DNA of 64,000 nucleotides from Myxococcota bacterium (lineage in GTDB: Bacteria > Myxococcota_A > SURF-8). The notes below the pieces were generated by a model that was given only the letters and a program-made list of their open reading frames with translations, had not been told where the DNA came from and did not search any database. This document shows, piece after piece, positions 39,363-49,211 of this stretch. Every line of letters starts with the position of its first letter. Position 1 is the stretch's first letter. A program made the translations under genes and the position numbers. Location: contig CAXXQS010000001.1 of the NCBI GenBank assembly GCA_963674735.2, forward strand, positions 2,304,001-2,368,000, in the 5' to 3' direction.

Positions 39363-40049
39363 CTAAGGCGCAATCGCTCGATCGACGTAGTCTTCAATCA
39401 ATCGCTGTTCAGGATGATTGCGATCGAATTCGACTCCAACCAACCAGTTGTTGTTCTTTAGCTCGGCACGTCTTACGATGCTGGAAAGTCGGGTAATGCT
39501 AACACCGTTGGGAAGTGCAAACGAAAGGACGACTTCCTCGCCGACCTTTACCTCGCCAAGCAACTTGAGCAACGCTCCGGTCGCACTGATGTTCATGGTG
39601 AATTCGGAGTCACTGACGGCACCTTCACGTAAAACCGAGACCACCAACGGAAGTCGCGGACTACGCCGCAAACTGACCTCTTCGAGCGTCAGCGGATAAT
39701 CGAGAACCGTCAGATTGAGCGGCGGTCCGACGTTGAGCTTGACCTTCGATTGAAAGCCAAGTACTTTACCATTGCAAAAATAGCGTACATGCACCGGAAT
39801 ATCCGGATCGACCACCAGTGTTTCCGAATTCTTTTTCGGTGTCTCCACGATGAAATACTGACGACGCCCACAACCGACAAACGAGCTGCATGCCTGCTCA
39901 TGATCATCGTTCCAGACGAAGTCGAGATACACATCGTCACCGATGTGGGTGGGAATCATGGCATCTTGTTCAAGTTTGGATACCTTCCGATACGATCGTT
40001 GTTTATCCAAAAACAACTCAGCCGGACTTAAACGAGAAACGGTTTCCAT
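39363..40049 (-). CDS. Flagellar-brake-type PilZ (c-di-GMP-binding) protein
   Basis: RRSPR (RxxxR) and NISATG motifs; N-terminal YcgR-like region. Confidence 0.82.
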   Translation of the reverse strand: METVSRLSPAELFLDKQRSYRKVSKLEQDAMIPTHIGDDVYLDFVWNDDHEQACSSFVGCGRRQYFIVETPKKNSETLVVDPDIPVHVRYFCNGKVLGFQSKVKLNVGPPLNLTVLDYPLTLEEVSLRRSPRLPLVVSVLREGAVSDSEFTMNISATGALLKLLGEVKVGEEVVLSFALPNGVSITRLSSIVRRAELKNNNWLVGVEFDRNHPEQRLIEDYVDRAIAP

Positions 40050-40426
40050 ACTACTTCTCCCCAAATTGGAATCCGCCGTTGAGAGGCTTTCCTTGATTAT
40101 TATAAGTGTATTTTCACATTTCAGCACATGGCTGTCAACAAAAACTAAATACTTATAATAGTTATTAACTTACAATAAAAGTTTGCCCGTAATGACAACT
40201 GTCGTTTCCGTAAAAAGATAGGAAGGATATCACCCCTGAATGCGGGAATATTTAGGCCGCCTACTCCTATCCAAAAGCCAGAGACCCACAACTTGAAAAA
40301 GACGAATACCTGACAGCCGCTTTTCGCAATCTTATCACCCGGCGCGGCCCATCCTCACACGGATACGGTGGGAAAAGGAACGTCGATAAAAATTAAGATC
40401 CTTATTTCAACGAAAAGGAGTCCGCG

Positions 40427-40870
40427 ATGTCGACCAAAGAAACATTGTCATTCCTGACCGAAACCCTTAAAAAATGGCAGAATATCGAAAAGGCCAGCAT
40501 CAAAATGGCCGAAAGCAAGAAGGAGCGCACTAAAAATCCCTTGATCCGCACGGTTCTTGACATCCTTGAAAGAGATTCCCGCTACCATTTCGAGTTGCAG
40601 CAGATGCTGATCGACAGCTTGACCAAGCAACCCCTCGAAATGAACGTGGATGACATCGGTCTGATTACCGAAATCATCGACAAGCACCACAAGATCGAAA
40701 AGGATGTCATCGCCATCGGACAAAACGCCCGCGACGTCCTGGGCCCCAAGGGCGGCTTTGTGCTACAGAAATTCATCCTGAACTATCTGATCACCGACGA
40801 AGCGAAGCACGACACGCTGCTGGAAGGCCTGTCGCAGGTCAAGAAAGGTATGTATCCTTACGGCAGCTAA
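40427..40870 (+). CDS. Ferritin-like four-helix-bundle protein
   Basis: E...DSRYH / E...DEAKH pattern; AAGGAG RBS. Confidence 0.7.
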   Translation: MSTKETLSFLTETLKKWQNIEKASIKMAESKKERTKNPLIRTVLDILERDSRYHFELQQMLIDSLTKQPLEMNVDDIGLITEIIDKHHKIEKDVIAIGQNARDVLGPKGGFVLQKFILNYLITDEAKHDTLLEGLSQVKKGMYPYGS

Positions 40871-41018
40871 GGTGAATCGGGAAAGTCGGGACAGCCAAAC
40901 AGCCGGAACATCATCGGTTCCCGACTCGATTTCTATTACAGGCGACTGGTTCCGTTCATCGGGAGATGCCTGAGAAGCTTATGTTGTCTTCGATAAACAT
41001 GAAATTTGGGGAGGAAGG

Positions 41019-43223
41019 TCAAGAGAATCCCAGCCAGCGGCCGCCTTGGTAAACCAGCAGGGAAACCAGATAAGCGGCGCCGGTCATGTAGGCCAGCATG
41101 AAGAATGTCCAGGCCCAACTCTTCGTTTCACGCAGCACGACAGCCAAGGTGCTCATGCACTGCATGGCGATCATGAAGAAAATCAGCAAACTCATACCCA
41201 CGAGAGGCGTCCACAGCGGCGTTCCATCCGGACGACGGTCCTTCAGCATGGCTCGACGCAGGCTGTGCGACTCTTCGCTTTGAGCCTCACCGAGCCCATA
41301 CACAACTCCCATCGTCCCCACAAATACCTCACGGGCCGCGAACGCGCCGATCAGGCCGATACCGATCTTCCAATCGAAGCCAAGCGGGGCAATCAAGGGT
41401 TCGATCAACGCACCCAGACGACCGGCATAACTGTGCTTCAGTTGTTCGGATTGGGCCATCTCCGATACGGGTTCCACCACGACGGCCGATTCATCGCGAA
41501 TAGTCGACGCGCCTGCGGATTCGTCATCGAGACGCGGAAAACTCAACAACACCCATAAGATAACGGTCATCACCAAGATGATGGTACCCGCCGTCGACAT
41601 AAACACCTTCGTGCGCTCCCAAAGCACCATCGCCACACTTTTGATATCCGGCAGCCGGTAGGGAGGCAGTTCCAACAACAGGTTTTGAGCCTGTCCGCGA
41701 AACAGCGTGCGGCCCATCACCGCGGCGGCGAGAAAGGCAAACAGCGTACTTAAAACGTAGATGCCAAGCAACATCAAGGTTCCCACGCTCAGCGGTCCCA
41801 CTTTCTGGTCGGCCGGAAACAGCATGGCAATGACAAGCGTGTAAACCGGCAGCCGCGCCGAGCAACTCATCAACGGAATCACCATCATAGTGAGCATGCG
41901 ATCCCGCCGATTCTGGATGGTGCGCGCCGCCATTATCGCCGGTACCGCACAGGCAAAGCCACTCAACATGGGGACGAAGGCCTGCCCGTGCAAACCGATT
42001 TTACGCATCAGCCGGTCGATCAGAAAAGCCGCACGAGCCAGATAGCCGGAACCTTCCAATAGCCCGATAAACAGAAACAAAAACAGGATTTGCGGCAGGA
42101 AAACCAGAACACCGCCGACCCCGGCAATGATACCGTCCGTGATCAAATCACGCAAAATCCCCGGAGCCATAACGGCTTGAACGCCGACCGATAGCATACC
42201 GAACAGCTCTTCAATCCAACCGATGAAGGGATCGGACCATGAAAACAGCGCCTGGAAGATGGTGCCCATGATGGCCAGAAACACCATCAAACCCCAGACG
42301 GGATGGGTGAGCACGGTATCGATCCGATCGGTCATATTGATGCGTTCCTGATCGGGACGCACGATGAAGCGATGCGCCTGGGCATCGATGAATGCATAGC
42401 GTTCGAGTGTGGACTCCGCATCCAGATCGCGGTTCGCCTGCTTGATACGCTCCTGGCTTTCCAGCGTCATTTTCTTGAGTTGGGGACGCACCACCAACTT
42501 GCTGTGCTCTCCCAGACTCATCAACATCCAGAGCGCGAAGGCACGCCGTCCATTTTTCGACAGAGGAAAGCGCACCTGCTGCTCGATAGCCTCGTCAAAC
42601 TCGGCGAGATCGTGCTCCAAGGCTGCATTCGGCTTCCAAAACCAGTCGGGAGGTCGATAGCCATCACGCGAGGCCAAAAGCTCATCCAACGCGATTTTAA
42701 GCTCGGGAATACCCTTGCGGCTACGCCCCACCAACCCGATGAAGCGGATACCGAATAGACGCTCCAACTCGTCCAAACGCACCTGAATGCCCTCTTTCGA
42801 GGCCACATCCATCATGTTGACCACCGCGACCACCGGGATATCGAATTCGAGCACCTGCATCAGGAAGTACAGACTGCGCTCCAACGCGGTGGCATCCAAA
42901 ACGACAATAGCCGCAGCCGGCGGCGTAATCCCCTTGCGGCCCAGAAGCTCGTTGATGGCCACTTCTTCATCTTTGGAGCGAGTCGTCAGGCTATAGGTAC
43001 CGGGAACATCCACCAGTTCGACACGACCGCTGCGCGGCAATTTCAGAACCCCGGTACGGCGATCGACTGTAATGCCGGGATAATTGCCGATCTTGGCATT
43101 CGAACCCGTTAAGGCATTGAAAACAGTCGTTTTCCCGGCATTGGGATTACCGGTTACCGCGACGCTGATGCGTTTGGGTAAAGCTCCGGCTTGCTCGGAT
43201 CTGGCATCGGGACAGGAAGTCAA
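41019..43223 (-). CDS. feoB: Ferrous iron transporter B
   Basis: GNPNAGKTT, GNYPGITV, DVPGTYSL, NMMD, CSARLPVY, LELPPY, FAAREVFV. Confidence 0.97.
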   Translation of the reverse strand: MTSCPDARSEQAGALPKRISVAVTGNPNAGKTTVFNALTGSNAKIGNYPGITVDRRTGVLKLPRSGRVELVDVPGTYSLTTRSKDEEVAINELLGRKGITPPAAAIVVLDATALERSLYFLMQVLEFDIPVVAVVNMMDVASKEGIQVRLDELERLFGIRFIGLVGRSRKGIPELKIALDELLASRDGYRPPDWFWKPNAALEHDLAEFDEAIEQQVRFPLSKNGRRAFALWMLMSLGEHSKLVVRPQLKKMTLESQERIKQANRDLDAESTLERYAFIDAQAHRFIVRPDQERINMTDRIDTVLTHPVWGLMVFLAIMGTIFQALFSWSDPFIGWIEELFGMLSVGVQAVMAPGILRDLITDGIIAGVGGVLVFLPQILFLFLFIGLLEGSGYLARAAFLIDRLMRKIGLHGQAFVPMLSGFACAVPAIMAARTIQNRRDRMLTMMVIPLMSCSARLPVYTLVIAMLFPADQKVGPLSVGTLMLLGIYVLSTLFAFLAAAVMGRTLFRGQAQNLLLELPPYRLPDIKSVAMVLWERTKVFMSTAGTIILVMTVILWVLLSFPRLDDESAGASTIRDESAVVVEPVSEMAQSEQLKHSYAGRLGALIEPLIAPLGFDWKIGIGLIGAFAAREVFVGTMGVVYGLGEAQSEESHSLRRAMLKDRRPDGTPLWTPLVGMSLLIFFMIAMQCMSTLAVVLRETKSWAWTFFMLAYMTGAAYLVSLLVYQGGRWLGFS

Positions 43224-43229
43224 GTGAGT

Positions 43230-43454
43230 TTAAGCGGCTTGGCAGTTGATGAGGGCGGCGTCTTTCTTTCTTAGCGACAGGCGATAACCGCGCACGCGCA
43301 ATTCAATCGGATCGCCCAGAGGAGCGGTACGCAGGACCGACACGCAGGTACCCGGCGTCAGACCCAGTTCCATAAGGCGGCGACGCATCAGGTGAGTCGG
43401 ATCGATATCGATCAGACAGGCCGTCATTCCAGGTTTGAACTTATCGAGTGTCAT
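43230..43454 (-). CDS. feoA: Ferrous iron transport protein A
   Basis: RRLMELGLTPG, APLGDPIELRVRGYRLSLR. Confidence 0.95.
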   Translation of the reverse strand: MTLDKFKPGMTACLIDIDPTHLMRRRLMELGLTPGTCVSVLRTAPLGDPIELRVRGYRLSLRKKDAALINCQAA

Positions 43455-43531
43455 GGCCGAATCAACCTCATCATGTTGCCGGTTCGGGCTGCCTAGTCGA
43501 GCTAAGCAACCTTTTCAGCGTTAGACAAGTC

Positions 43532-43585
43532 TAATTATCGTTATTTTCAAGCGCTTTGCAAGGAAATAATACCGTTATTTTCATT
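43532..43585 (-). promoter_or_regulatory. Two putative Fur-like operators upstream of feoAB
   Basis: Minus strand TGAAAATAACGGTATTA and TGAAAATAACGATAATTA, a direct repeat with about 35 nt period. Confidence 0.55.
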
Positions 43586-43627
43586 TTTTTAGTGAATGCC
43601 GGAATTGAACTCAACAAGCTGAATTTG

Positions 43628-44311
43628 TTAAATTTTTCCAAGATGTTTGGCGGCCTCACGGAAACTGAGCGGCGACAGGTCGGCCCGATTGTCGACGAGA
43701 AAACGGCGCACGGCTTCCGGATCGGTCCGGGCATACTGCCGCAAAGCCCAACCGATGGCCTTACGAATGAAGAACTCCTTATCATGCAGATTGGCGCGGC
43801 AATAGCCGAACAAGCGCTCGCGATCCGTCGCCTGTTTCAAGCACAACTGGCTGATGATGGCGCTACGCCTCAACCAAAGGTCATTTTCGCGACTCCAAGC
43901 ATCCACCGTCGGCCAGACCTCTTCGGGATAAGCCAGTAAAAGATCCCCGATCAGGTGAGCGGCGATCTCGTCCACAAAATCCCACCAAGCCCCTTCAACA
44001 ATCATGCGCCGGTACAAGTTCAGGGAGGCCGGAGTTATGTACCGCTTGAAGCGGCGGGCATAATCGACAGCCACATATTTTTCTTCGCGCTGCGGTAACG
44101 ACCACAACCCTTCGACAGACCGGATGTATTCGCGTTGCGAGGTCGGTTTGAAAAGTCTCGCCGCCTCCCGCACCAAGGCCCGGCGTTCCTTCGCCGCTAC
44201 CCCGTAAAACGGCATGTCGGTTTTCATATAGGCTTGCATGCTTGCGGCTTTGGCGGGATCTCGAAGACGTGTCAACTCGCCCTGAACATACGTCAGCAAA
44301 TCACTCGACAT
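43628..44311 (-). CDS. DNA alkylation repair protein (AlkD family)
   Basis: YMK...F.GV, REEKY, WWDFVD, WLRRSA, EFFIRKAIGWALR, REAAKH. Confidence 0.92.
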   Translation of the reverse strand: MSSDLLTYVQGELTRLRDPAKAASMQAYMKTDMPFYGVAAKERRALVREAARLFKPTSQREYIRSVEGLWSLPQREEKYVAVDYARRFKRYITPASLNLYRRMIVEGAWWDFVDEIAAHLIGDLLLAYPEEVWPTVDAWSRENDLWLRRSAIISQLCLKQATDRERLFGYCRANLHDKEFFIRKAIGWALRQYARTDPEAVRRFLVDNRADLSPLSFREAAKHLGKI

Positions 44312-44355
44312 TCCAAATCCTCCCACCGATTCAGAAATCTATCGAAGCGGTTATA

Positions 44356-45615
44356 TCACAACGCGGGAGTCGATCCAAGCCCGGAGGTAAGAATGCAGGT
44401 TTGGGCAGGCTTATCCAAGCGGTCGTCCAACAACGAGAACAAAATCTGCTGATGCATTTGGCGTACCCATGGCGCCAAGGCTGTTCCGACGGCATGCTGG
44501 CCGCGCTCGTTCCAATGAAAGTCCCGATTGAAATGGACAGGCAAGCCGCGTTGCTCCAGTTCAGCCAAAGGGGGTTCTAAATCCAAAGTCTCGATTCCGG
44601 CCTCACGGGCGGCTTGCAGCAGGAAACGGGACGGCTGACGCCAGTCCAGGTCGTGACGATCCAAGGTCGCGGCGATTTGTGCTTGCAGCGCAGGCAATAG
44701 CTGCTCGGCGGTGCTGCCGACGGCGTAAAGCATCGGCACACAGCGGGCATCCAGATAATGCTTCATGTTGGTCAGAATCGTACGCTCAAGCTCCATCTGA
44801 GCCTGCATTTTCTCCCTGTTTTCAGGCAGATAAATTTCGGAAAACAGATGATGCGAAGCCGATCCCTGCCACTCCTTCTCGATATCCGTCACCAAATGGA
44901 ACAACATGCGAAAGAGATAGGAGCGCTGGTAAATGCCCGTCCATTCCGCCGCATAGCGCATGAACATACGCTCTGTGAAATCACCGTCCACACGGGGAAC
45001 CGGCAGGCCGCGAATGGATAATTGCCCGGTCGGCTCCACTTCGAAACGCGGACGCGGATAGAGTTCGATTCTAGGATTATCGGCCACGTTGTCGTAAAGA
45101 TCGTTTCCGGGATAGGCCATGACGATCACCGCATCGGGCTGCACCCGACTCACGTCGCGTTGCAGTTGCAGCCACTGTTGGCCTCGCCCGTATCCACTTA
45201 CGCCGAAATTGACCACCGAATAACCGTCGCCAAGCTGACGTTCCAACACGGCACTGAAGGTCTGGTCGTTGTTAACACCAAAACCCCAGGCAAACGAATC
45301 TCCCAGAACCGCAATTCGGAATTCGTTCAACGGCTTTTGGGCCGCAAGCACAGGCGTTCGATACCCATCCGGATTATGCACAACCACGGTATCGAATTCT
45401 TCTCCGCGTGTAAAAGGCCCTTTGACATCCGGCTGACCACGCCAACCCAGCTCGGCATCGTATTCGAAAAATGAAAACTGGTTACCCTCGTACAAAAAGC
45501 GATTGGTATAGGCAAGACGGGCCAAACCCTCGACCGCAAGCAGAACAAGCAGGACGAGCACACCATTCAATAAAACAATTCGCCATTTTTTCGGTATCTT
45601 GCGCAGCATAACCAT
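44356..45615 (-). CDS. SGNH/GDSL hydrolase-family membrane-anchored protein
   Basis: LGDSFAWG, NFGVSGYG, GND, DFHWNERG. Confidence 0.88.
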   Translation of the reverse strand: MVMLRKIPKKWRIVLLNGVLVLLVLLAVEGLARLAYTNRFLYEGNQFSFFEYDAELGWRGQPDVKGPFTRGEEFDTVVVHNPDGYRTPVLAAQKPLNEFRIAVLGDSFAWGFGVNNDQTFSAVLERQLGDGYSVVNFGVSGYGRGQQWLQLQRDVSRVQPDAVIVMAYPGNDLYDNVADNPRIELYPRPRFEVEPTGQLSIRGLPVPRVDGDFTERMFMRYAAEWTGIYQRSYLFRMLFHLVTDIEKEWQGSASHHLFSEIYLPENREKMQAQMELERTILTNMKHYLDARCVPMLYAVGSTAEQLLPALQAQIAATLDRHDLDWRQPSRFLLQAAREAGIETLDLEPPLAELEQRGLPVHFNRDFHWNERGQHAVGTALAPWVRQMHQQILFSLLDDRLDKPAQTCILTSGLGSTPAL

Positions 45616-45760
45616 TTCCTCGAAATTCGGTTCGTTGAAGAGGTTCAGTTAGTGGAGAGTCGCTATTTTCATTCTATTCCTATATGTTTACCGTACTTTT
45701 GCCGCCTCGCCGCTTCGCCTTGTCGAAAAGCTTCGAGACCGCTATACTGCCTGCAAATCA

Positions 45761-46531
45761 ATGAAAGGATCGCGCATGCCTGTCACCCTCGCTTTCCGTG
45801 AACGCAATTCCGGGGCCGCCGGTTCGGTTTTCGTGTACCTGCATGGAGCCGCCAGCGACAAAACCTTCTGGCTGAGCCTCTCGCGGCTTGTGGCCGAGCG
45901 TTTCCCCAATCATCCCGGCATCCTGCTTGATCTACCCGGACACGGCGAAAGTCCCGGAAAAGCCCTGAACAGCATCGCGGCATACGCCGAAGCGGTGGAA
46001 GATTTCCTGAATGATAATGACCTGAAGAAGGTATTTCTGGTGGGCCACTCCATGGGTGGGGCCATCGCCCAGACGGTCGCGGCCCGGAATCCCGACAAAG
46101 CCCAGGGGCTGGTGCTCGTGTCGACCGGAGCACGTCTGGGCGTCAACCCGATGATTTTACAACTATTTGGGAACGACCTGCCGACGGCGGTCAGCCTATT
46201 GCGTCAAACCGCCTTCGGGCCATCCGCACCGGAAGCCATCGCGGCTGAGGTGGAAAAGCGTATGCTGACCATCGATCCGCAGAATGCGGTACGCGATTTC
46301 TCGGCCTGCGACGCCTTCGATGGTCGCGCACAACTGGCGGCCATCCGGTGCCCGGCGCTGGTGGCGGTGGGGGAACACGATCAACTCACCCCAACCAAGC
46401 TCAACCGCCGCCTGGCCGAGAGCTTGAACGCCGACTATCGGGAGATTCCGGAAGCCGGTCACATGTTGCCGCTGGAAGCCCCGGAAATACTTGCGGAGGC
46501 CATCGCCGACTTTGTGACGGATCGAAGCTGA
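45761..46531 (+). CDS. Alpha/beta hydrolase
   Basis: LHGA, DLPGHG, GHSMGG, GEHD, AGHM. Confidence 0.92.
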   Translation: MKGSRMPVTLAFRERNSGAAGSVFVYLHGAASDKTFWLSLSRLVAERFPNHPGILLDLPGHGESPGKALNSIAAYAEAVEDFLNDNDLKKVFLVGHSMGGAIAQTVAARNPDKAQGLVLVSTGARLGVNPMILQLFGNDLPTAVSLLRQTAFGPSAPEAIAAEVEKRMLTIDPQNAVRDFSACDAFDGRAQLAAIRCPALVAVGEHDQLTPTKLNRRLAESLNADYREIPEAGHMLPLEAPEILAEAIADFVTDRS

Positions 46532-46579
46532 TACACGGCAATCGTAACAGGGCAAATATTTCCAGGATGAAACCACATT

Positions 46580-46665
46580 CGCTAATCCCGAGTAGGATAC
46601 GTAAGTAGCCGTATCAAGAGACCTTTCGAACCAATTTCGCTTCGCGAAATCACTCAAGGTGAGCG
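46580..46665. repeat. Family B palindromic doublet between convergent genes
   Basis: CGCTAATCCCGAGTAG-hairpin-GTATCAAGAG / CCTTTCGA-ATTTCGCTTCGCGAAAT-CACTCAAGGTGAGCG. Confidence 0.65.
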
Positions 46666-46711
46666 GTGAGGAAAAGCTAAGATATTGTTGCCGAGTTAAG
46701 AATACGCGGCG

Positions 46712-47815
46712 TCAACGCCAGCTATTTTCGTTGTCTTCCTCTTCCTGCACGCAACCCTGGTCGGGATCGTAAGGCAGGGAGTAATTGGATAGTTCGGTCC
46801 AGCAGTCGCCATTCAAGAAGGTGAACGCCCCCGTTTCACGATCCACTTCCACCAGAACATAGGCGTCGTCGTCGTAGCGGGTGGAGCCGATCACCTCATG
46901 CGGCGGTCCATAACTGTCGCCGAAATCGATCCAGGTGTGCATGTGACCCGCAAAAACGGTTTTGATCGTGTCCTGGTAGGTATCCAACAGGCGGAAGATG
47001 TCGAGATCCTCGAATTCGTCATACTTGAGGTAGGAAAGCGGATAATGCACGAAGATAAAGCTTGGCAGTCCTTCCTCAAGTAGAGCCTCCAGCCATTCCA
47101 GTTGTTCGCGCCCGAAACTGCCCAAACCGGATTCGAACTCGGGGCTTTCGGGGTTTTTGGTTTCACCCAGGAAATTGTTGAGGTGAATGAAGCGCCAACC
47201 CTGATAATCAACGTAATAATAGGGGTCGATCCCGACAACATCTTTGTACAACTGGTTCGTCCACTCGCGTGAAAACACGTTCAAGCGGTAATCGTGGTTG
47301 CCGAAACCCGGATACACCGGCATATCGAAGCGGTCGATCAGTTCTTTGGCAATGTGGAAGCGCGTGTCGGTGTGGGTTTCATAGAAGGAGGGATCGTCGC
47401 TTGGAAAATTATGCGCGAAATCACCGGCGATCATGACCAGCTTGATATCGAGGGGCGATGCGTTCATGTAATCGCCCACCGCCACCAAGCGGTCATTGGC
47501 CTTGAAGATGGTCTCGGTATCCAGGGCGTTACCCTCGGGCCCTTCGTAGTAATCGTCGATGATGTGCGTATCGGCGATGACGGCGAAAACGAACTTGGCC
47601 GGGATTTCCTCGTCTTCCGCATCCCCATCGACCCCATCCGGATCCGCATCGCCGTCCGGATCGGGCTCATCCCCATCACCGGCGGTTTCGACGACATCCT
47701 GGTCTCCGTTTTGTATCGTCTGATCCGTCTCGTCGCCGCAACCACTCAGAACCGACAGCAAAACCAAAACCAGCAGCCCGACCCCATAGCGGTTCCCGTT
47801 CAATTTTCGCATCAT
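46712..47815 (-). CDS. Calcineurin-like metallophosphoesterase lipoprotein with DGD linker
   Basis: Lipobox LSGC; DTH, GD, GNHD, H and GHMH motifs. Confidence 0.9.
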   Translation of the reverse strand: MMRKLNGNRYGVGLLVLVLLSVLSGCGDETDQTIQNGDQDVVETAGDGDEPDPDGDADPDGVDGDAEDEEIPAKFVFAVIADTHIIDDYYEGPEGNALDTETIFKANDRLVAVGDYMNASPLDIKLVMIAGDFAHNFPSDDPSFYETHTDTRFHIAKELIDRFDMPVYPGFGNHDYRLNVFSREWTNQLYKDVVGIDPYYYVDYQGWRFIHLNNFLGETKNPESPEFESGLGSFGREQLEWLEALLEEGLPSFIFVHYPLSYLKYDEFEDLDIFRLLDTYQDTIKTVFAGHMHTWIDFGDSYGPPHEVIGSTRYDDDAYVLVEVDRETGAFTFLNGDCWTELSNYSLPYDPDQGCVQEEEDNENSWR

Positions 47816-47995
47816 TGTGACTCCCTGCGTGTAATCGCTAACGGTGCTAGACCGATTCGCCAAGCATACGGCTCTCGCGAGTATGAAACTGTAGCATACC
47901 TTGAGTGACAGGCAATGTTTGAATTCCGTTCAGAACAAACTCATCTTAGGCAAGTTGCGAAGGCCGGTCAAGCGGCTTCGGAAATTCGGAACCCC

Positions 47996-48030
47996 CAAAA
48001 AGCGGAAGGGGAATCCCCCTTCACATCCGA
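47996..48030 (-). terminator. Rho-independent terminator of the HlyD/ABC operon
   Basis: Minus strand GAAGGGG-GATT-CCCCTTC followed by CGCTTTTT. Confidence 0.65.
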
Positions 48031-48047
48031 TTGGGATAAAACCAAAG

Positions 48048-49211
48048 TCAACGGTGGACGACCGCGCGCCGCTGCATCCAGCGAACGAGGAGCACGGCCA
48101 GCACCAGGTAGGCAAGGAACTGGATCCCCAACCACTGGAAATACGGGGTCAGGTAGGCCAAGTCCCCGCTCTTCATCGTTAAAATGCGAAAAGCCTGCAA
48201 CGCCGGTGTGACCGGGAACAGCGCCGCCAAGACCTGAATATAACGCGGCATCTGTTCGAGCGGCCAAGCATAGCCCGAAATCATGAACAGCGGAGTGGAG
48301 GCGAACATCAGAAGCTGGAAGGCCTCATAGCGGTCTTTCATGAACACCGCCACGGCGATGGACAACGGAGCCATAGCTAAGAGGAAACAGGCGAACAACA
48401 GCATGACCGCAGCCGAATCGTACACCGGCCAGCCGAATAACGGCATCACGGCGTAGGTGATCAAGGCCGTCCCCAGCAGGTAAAAGGCGAAATGCGCCAG
48501 AATACGCCCCTCGATGACGGTAAAGGGAAAACGCGGATGCAGCCGTAAGCCCTCGCGTTCGCGGCGCAATCCAATCGAAAACGCGAGGGAGATCAGGATG
48601 ATCTGCTGCATCACGATCATGAAAATACCGACGACGAGGAATTCGCCGTAACTCAAGCTGGGGTGAAACAAGAAGCGCTCGGCCAGATCGATCGGATAGA
48701 CGCGGGACTCGGCCGCCTCGGTCCCCATCCCCTTGGACAGCAGAAAATCACGGCCAATGCGCGCGTTGAACGCCTGAGTCACGTTCGAAACCCCCGTATA
48801 ACTGACACTGTAAGTCAGCACGTTGGAGCTATTGATCCATAGCTTGACCGGGGCTTGCTTGCGCTGTTTGATCCGCGACGAAAAGTCTGCAGGAATGAAC
48901 ACCAAGGCCTCGGCCTCCTGACGCTTGATGCGTTCCCAGCCCTCATCCAACGAAGCCAGCCGTTCCACCACCCGAATTTCCTGGGTGGCGTCGAGAGCCA
49001 GGGAAAAGCCGCGCGACAACGCACTGTTATCGTGATCGATGAGAATGGCGGGACGTTCCACCACCTGTTTTTGATGGTAAAGGGAGGAAATCACCACCGG
49101 ATAGAACAGAGGCAATACTAAAAGCAGTAGCAGCACCGTCCGCTGCTCGACAAACACCCAGCGATACTCGTCGCAGAGGGTGCGCCATAAAAGCAACCAG
49201 CGTTCTTTCAT
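48048..49211 (-). CDS. ABC-2 type permease (YbhR/YbhS-like)
   Basis: IDHDNSALSR, IPADFS, MISGYAWPLEQMP. Confidence 0.88.
   Translation of the reverse strand: MKERWLLLWRTLCDEYRWVFVEQRTVLLLLLVLPLFYPVVISSLYHQKQVVERPAILIDHDNSALSRGFSLALDATQEIRVVERLASLDEGWERIKRQEAEALVFIPADFSSRIKQRKQAPVKLWINSSNVLTYSVSYTGVSNVTQAFNARIGRDFLLSKGMGTEAAESRVYPIDLAERFLFHPSLSYGEFLVVGIFMIVMQQIILISLAFSIGLRREREGLRLHPRFPFTVIEGRILAHFAFYLLGTALITYAVMPLFGWPVYDSAAVMLLFACFLLAMAPLSIAVAVFMKDRYEAFQLLMFASTPLFMISGYAWPLEQMPRYIQVLAALFPVTPALQAFRILTMKSGDLAYLTPYFQWLGIQFLAYLVLAVLLVRWMQRRAVVHR

Noticed and set aside
40180-40400. Possible cobalamin riboswitch (GGGAAT...AGCCAGAGACC)
   Set aside because: Core conserved elements are missing; an Rfam scan would be needed.
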